A stretch of DNA of 36,498 nt from the NCBI GenBank assembly GCA_003233075.1, contig QIKQ01000056.1, forward strand, positions 1 to 36,498. The letters are read 5' to 3'. The position numbers were made by a program, and so were the translations under genes. Numbering within the stretch: position 1 is the first letter of the stretch; the number at the start of each line of letters is the position of its first letter. This DNA comes from Gammaproteobacteria bacterium (lineage in GTDB: Bacteria > Pseudomonadota > Gammaproteobacteria > SZUA-21). The notes below the pieces were generated by a model. The model had not been told where the DNA came from and did no database searches. It was given only the letters and a program-made list of their open reading frames with translations. Positions 35,429-36,498 of this stretch are shown in pieces.

Positions 35429-35806
35429 ATGAATCAACCAAGTGAAATTATAGATGAAGTTAATGAAGGCCACACAGCAGAATTGGTTTGCAATGAGCCC
35501 TTACTTTATAAAGGACTGACCACAACCGAGCTTACCAGTATCGCGGTAGTTGCTTTTTTCGCCTGGGCCATTGGCAGTTTTATACTTATATTTTCTATCA
35601 GTGGTTCGTTAATTAATGCGATTATGGCTTTGCCGGTCGGATTGATAATGTCAATTGTAACAGTTGTTGTGCTAGCGGGTGTTATTCAGCGACTTAAGCG
35701 AAATAAACCCGATGGACACTATGAGCAATTAATAGTGATTTATTTGAAACGCAATAAATTAGCAAAAAATCATTTAATTATTGAAGATCAAAAATGGGGG
35801 CTATAA
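35429..35806 (+). CDS. ICE conjugal-transfer membrane protein (TIGR03750/DUF3487-like)
   Basis: 125 aa with two adjacent TM segments in the middle. Size and position match. Confidence 0.6.
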   Translation: MNQPSEIIDEVNEGHTAELVCNEPLLYKGLTTTELTSIAVVAFFAWAIGSFILIFSISGSLINAIMALPVGLIMSIVTVVVLAGVIQRLKRNKPDGHYEQLIVIYLKRNKLAKNHLIIEDQKWGL

Positions 35807-35812
35807 AAGACC

Positions 35813-36481
35813 ATGTCTAACCTTGATCGAGTACTAGACAGTAAAAATCAAACTATTAAGGCCTTGACCTTATCAATTCTAATTATTGGTTTAGGATTGT
35901 TAACCTCAATTTATTTTCAATACAGATCCAAAGACGGGATCACAGTTCACTATCCGCCGGATCTGACCAAAGTCACGCGCTACCGGGCTAATGAAATACC
36001 CAATCACACGGTGTTTGCCTTTACTTATGCAATTTTCCAAAAGCTCAATACTTGGGAGGAAAACGGTGAGATTGATTTTCCAAAGAAGGTAAAGTTATTC
36101 GAAAATTACATGACTTATGAATTCCGGCAATATATGGACAACTATATTCGACTCAAGCGTAATAAAGGTGAACTTAATAAAGTGAGACATTTTACCTTAT
36201 ATCCTGGTCGAAACTACACTCAAGATCGCGTTAAAAAGATAGGTGCACATACTTGGGTTGTTTACATCGATGCATTGATTAAAGAGTACGTTAATGGCAT
36301 GCACACCAAAGTCATAGCAGTGCGTTATCCGGTTCGAGTGACCTATTATGATATTGATTTTACAAAAAACCCTTGGAAGTTGGCGATTGCTGGATATGAA
36401 GGCAAGGGACCAAAACCTATCAAGTACAATCGAAAAAAATACAGTGTTCCGAATGCAAAAATCTCGGCTAGTTATCAATAA
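35813..36481 (+). CDS. ICE protein, PFL_4703-like (TIGR03746/DUF2895-type)
   Basis: 222 aa with one N-terminal TM (LTLSILIIGLGLLTSIYF) and a soluble domain. Size and position match. The next gene appears to start at ATG 36494 after GGAGAG. Confidence 0.65.
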   Translation: MSNLDRVLDSKNQTIKALTLSILIIGLGLLTSIYFQYRSKDGITVHYPPDLTKVTRYRANEIPNHTVFAFTYAIFQKLNTWEENGEIDFPKKVKLFENYMTYEFRQYMDNYIRLKRNKGELNKVRHFTLYPGRNYTQDRVKKIGAHTWVVYIDALIKEYVNGMHTKVIAVRYPVRVTYYDIDFTKNPWKLAIAGYEGKGPKPIKYNRKKYSVPNAKISASYQ

Positions 36482-36498
36482 ATGGAGAGTGACATGCA

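Larger units (their letters stand above)
27292..36498 (+). mobile_element. Partial integrative-conjugative-element transfer module (GI-type T4SS, ICEHin1056/ICEclc/PFGI-1 lineage), continuing beyond the window
   Basis: The co-linear, overlapping gene string follows the conserved order of this ICE lineage: pilL, CxxC protein, PFL_4695-like, traD, PFL_4697-like, RAQPRD-like, then four small membrane proteins. No integrase or att site is present in the window. Confidence 0.8.

Noticed and set aside
1-36498. CRISPR arrays, rRNA, intact tRNA genes and long tandem repeats
   Set aside because: I found no regularly spaced direct repeats or rRNA/tRNA-like conserved blocks on visual scanning. The only tandem repeat seen is the 18-nt Gly-rich coding repeat at 19002-19036. 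A tRNAscan/Infernal run would be needed for certainty.

Overview
AT-rich bacterial (proteobacterial-type) accessory segment, read by eye from the sequence and the ORF track. No HMM or BLAST searches were possible. Contents in order: (1) A hybrid sensor-kinase/receiver gene is split by an apparently recent IS66-family insertion (92-2471) with perfect 21-bp inverted repeats and an 8-bp target duplication TTTTAAAA. The gene also carries a second frame break before its receiver domain. (2) An orphan cheA carries a tandem MshEN-like (putative c-di-GMP-binding) motif between the Hpt domain and the kinase core, and is followed by a small membrane protein. (3) A stand-alone APS kinase. (4) A tightly packed minus-strand six-gene phospholipid operon (7883-13783) is preceded by a two-HKD phospholipase D lipoprotein. 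The operon encodes a variant CDP-alcohol phosphatidyltransferase, an alpha/beta-hydrolase-methyltransferase fusion, a PAP2-like/CX5R phosphatase fusion, a small membrane protein, a CdsA paralog-type and a PlsC-type enzyme. It looks like a self-contained pathway to an unidentified lipid and is my best candidate for an undescribed system. (5) A polytopic membrane protein plus two TPM-domain proteins. (6) GC-rich REP-like palindromes flanking a small membrane-protein gene. (7) A lipoprotein, an S8 protease with a large insert, and a 1053-aa tail-anchored VWA protein. (8) The first ~9 kb of a genomic-island-type T4SS conjugation module (ICEHin1056/ICEclc/PFGI-1 lineage: pilL ... traD ... small membrane proteins) that runs off the 3' end. 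I recognised no rRNA, intact tRNA or CRISPR array.
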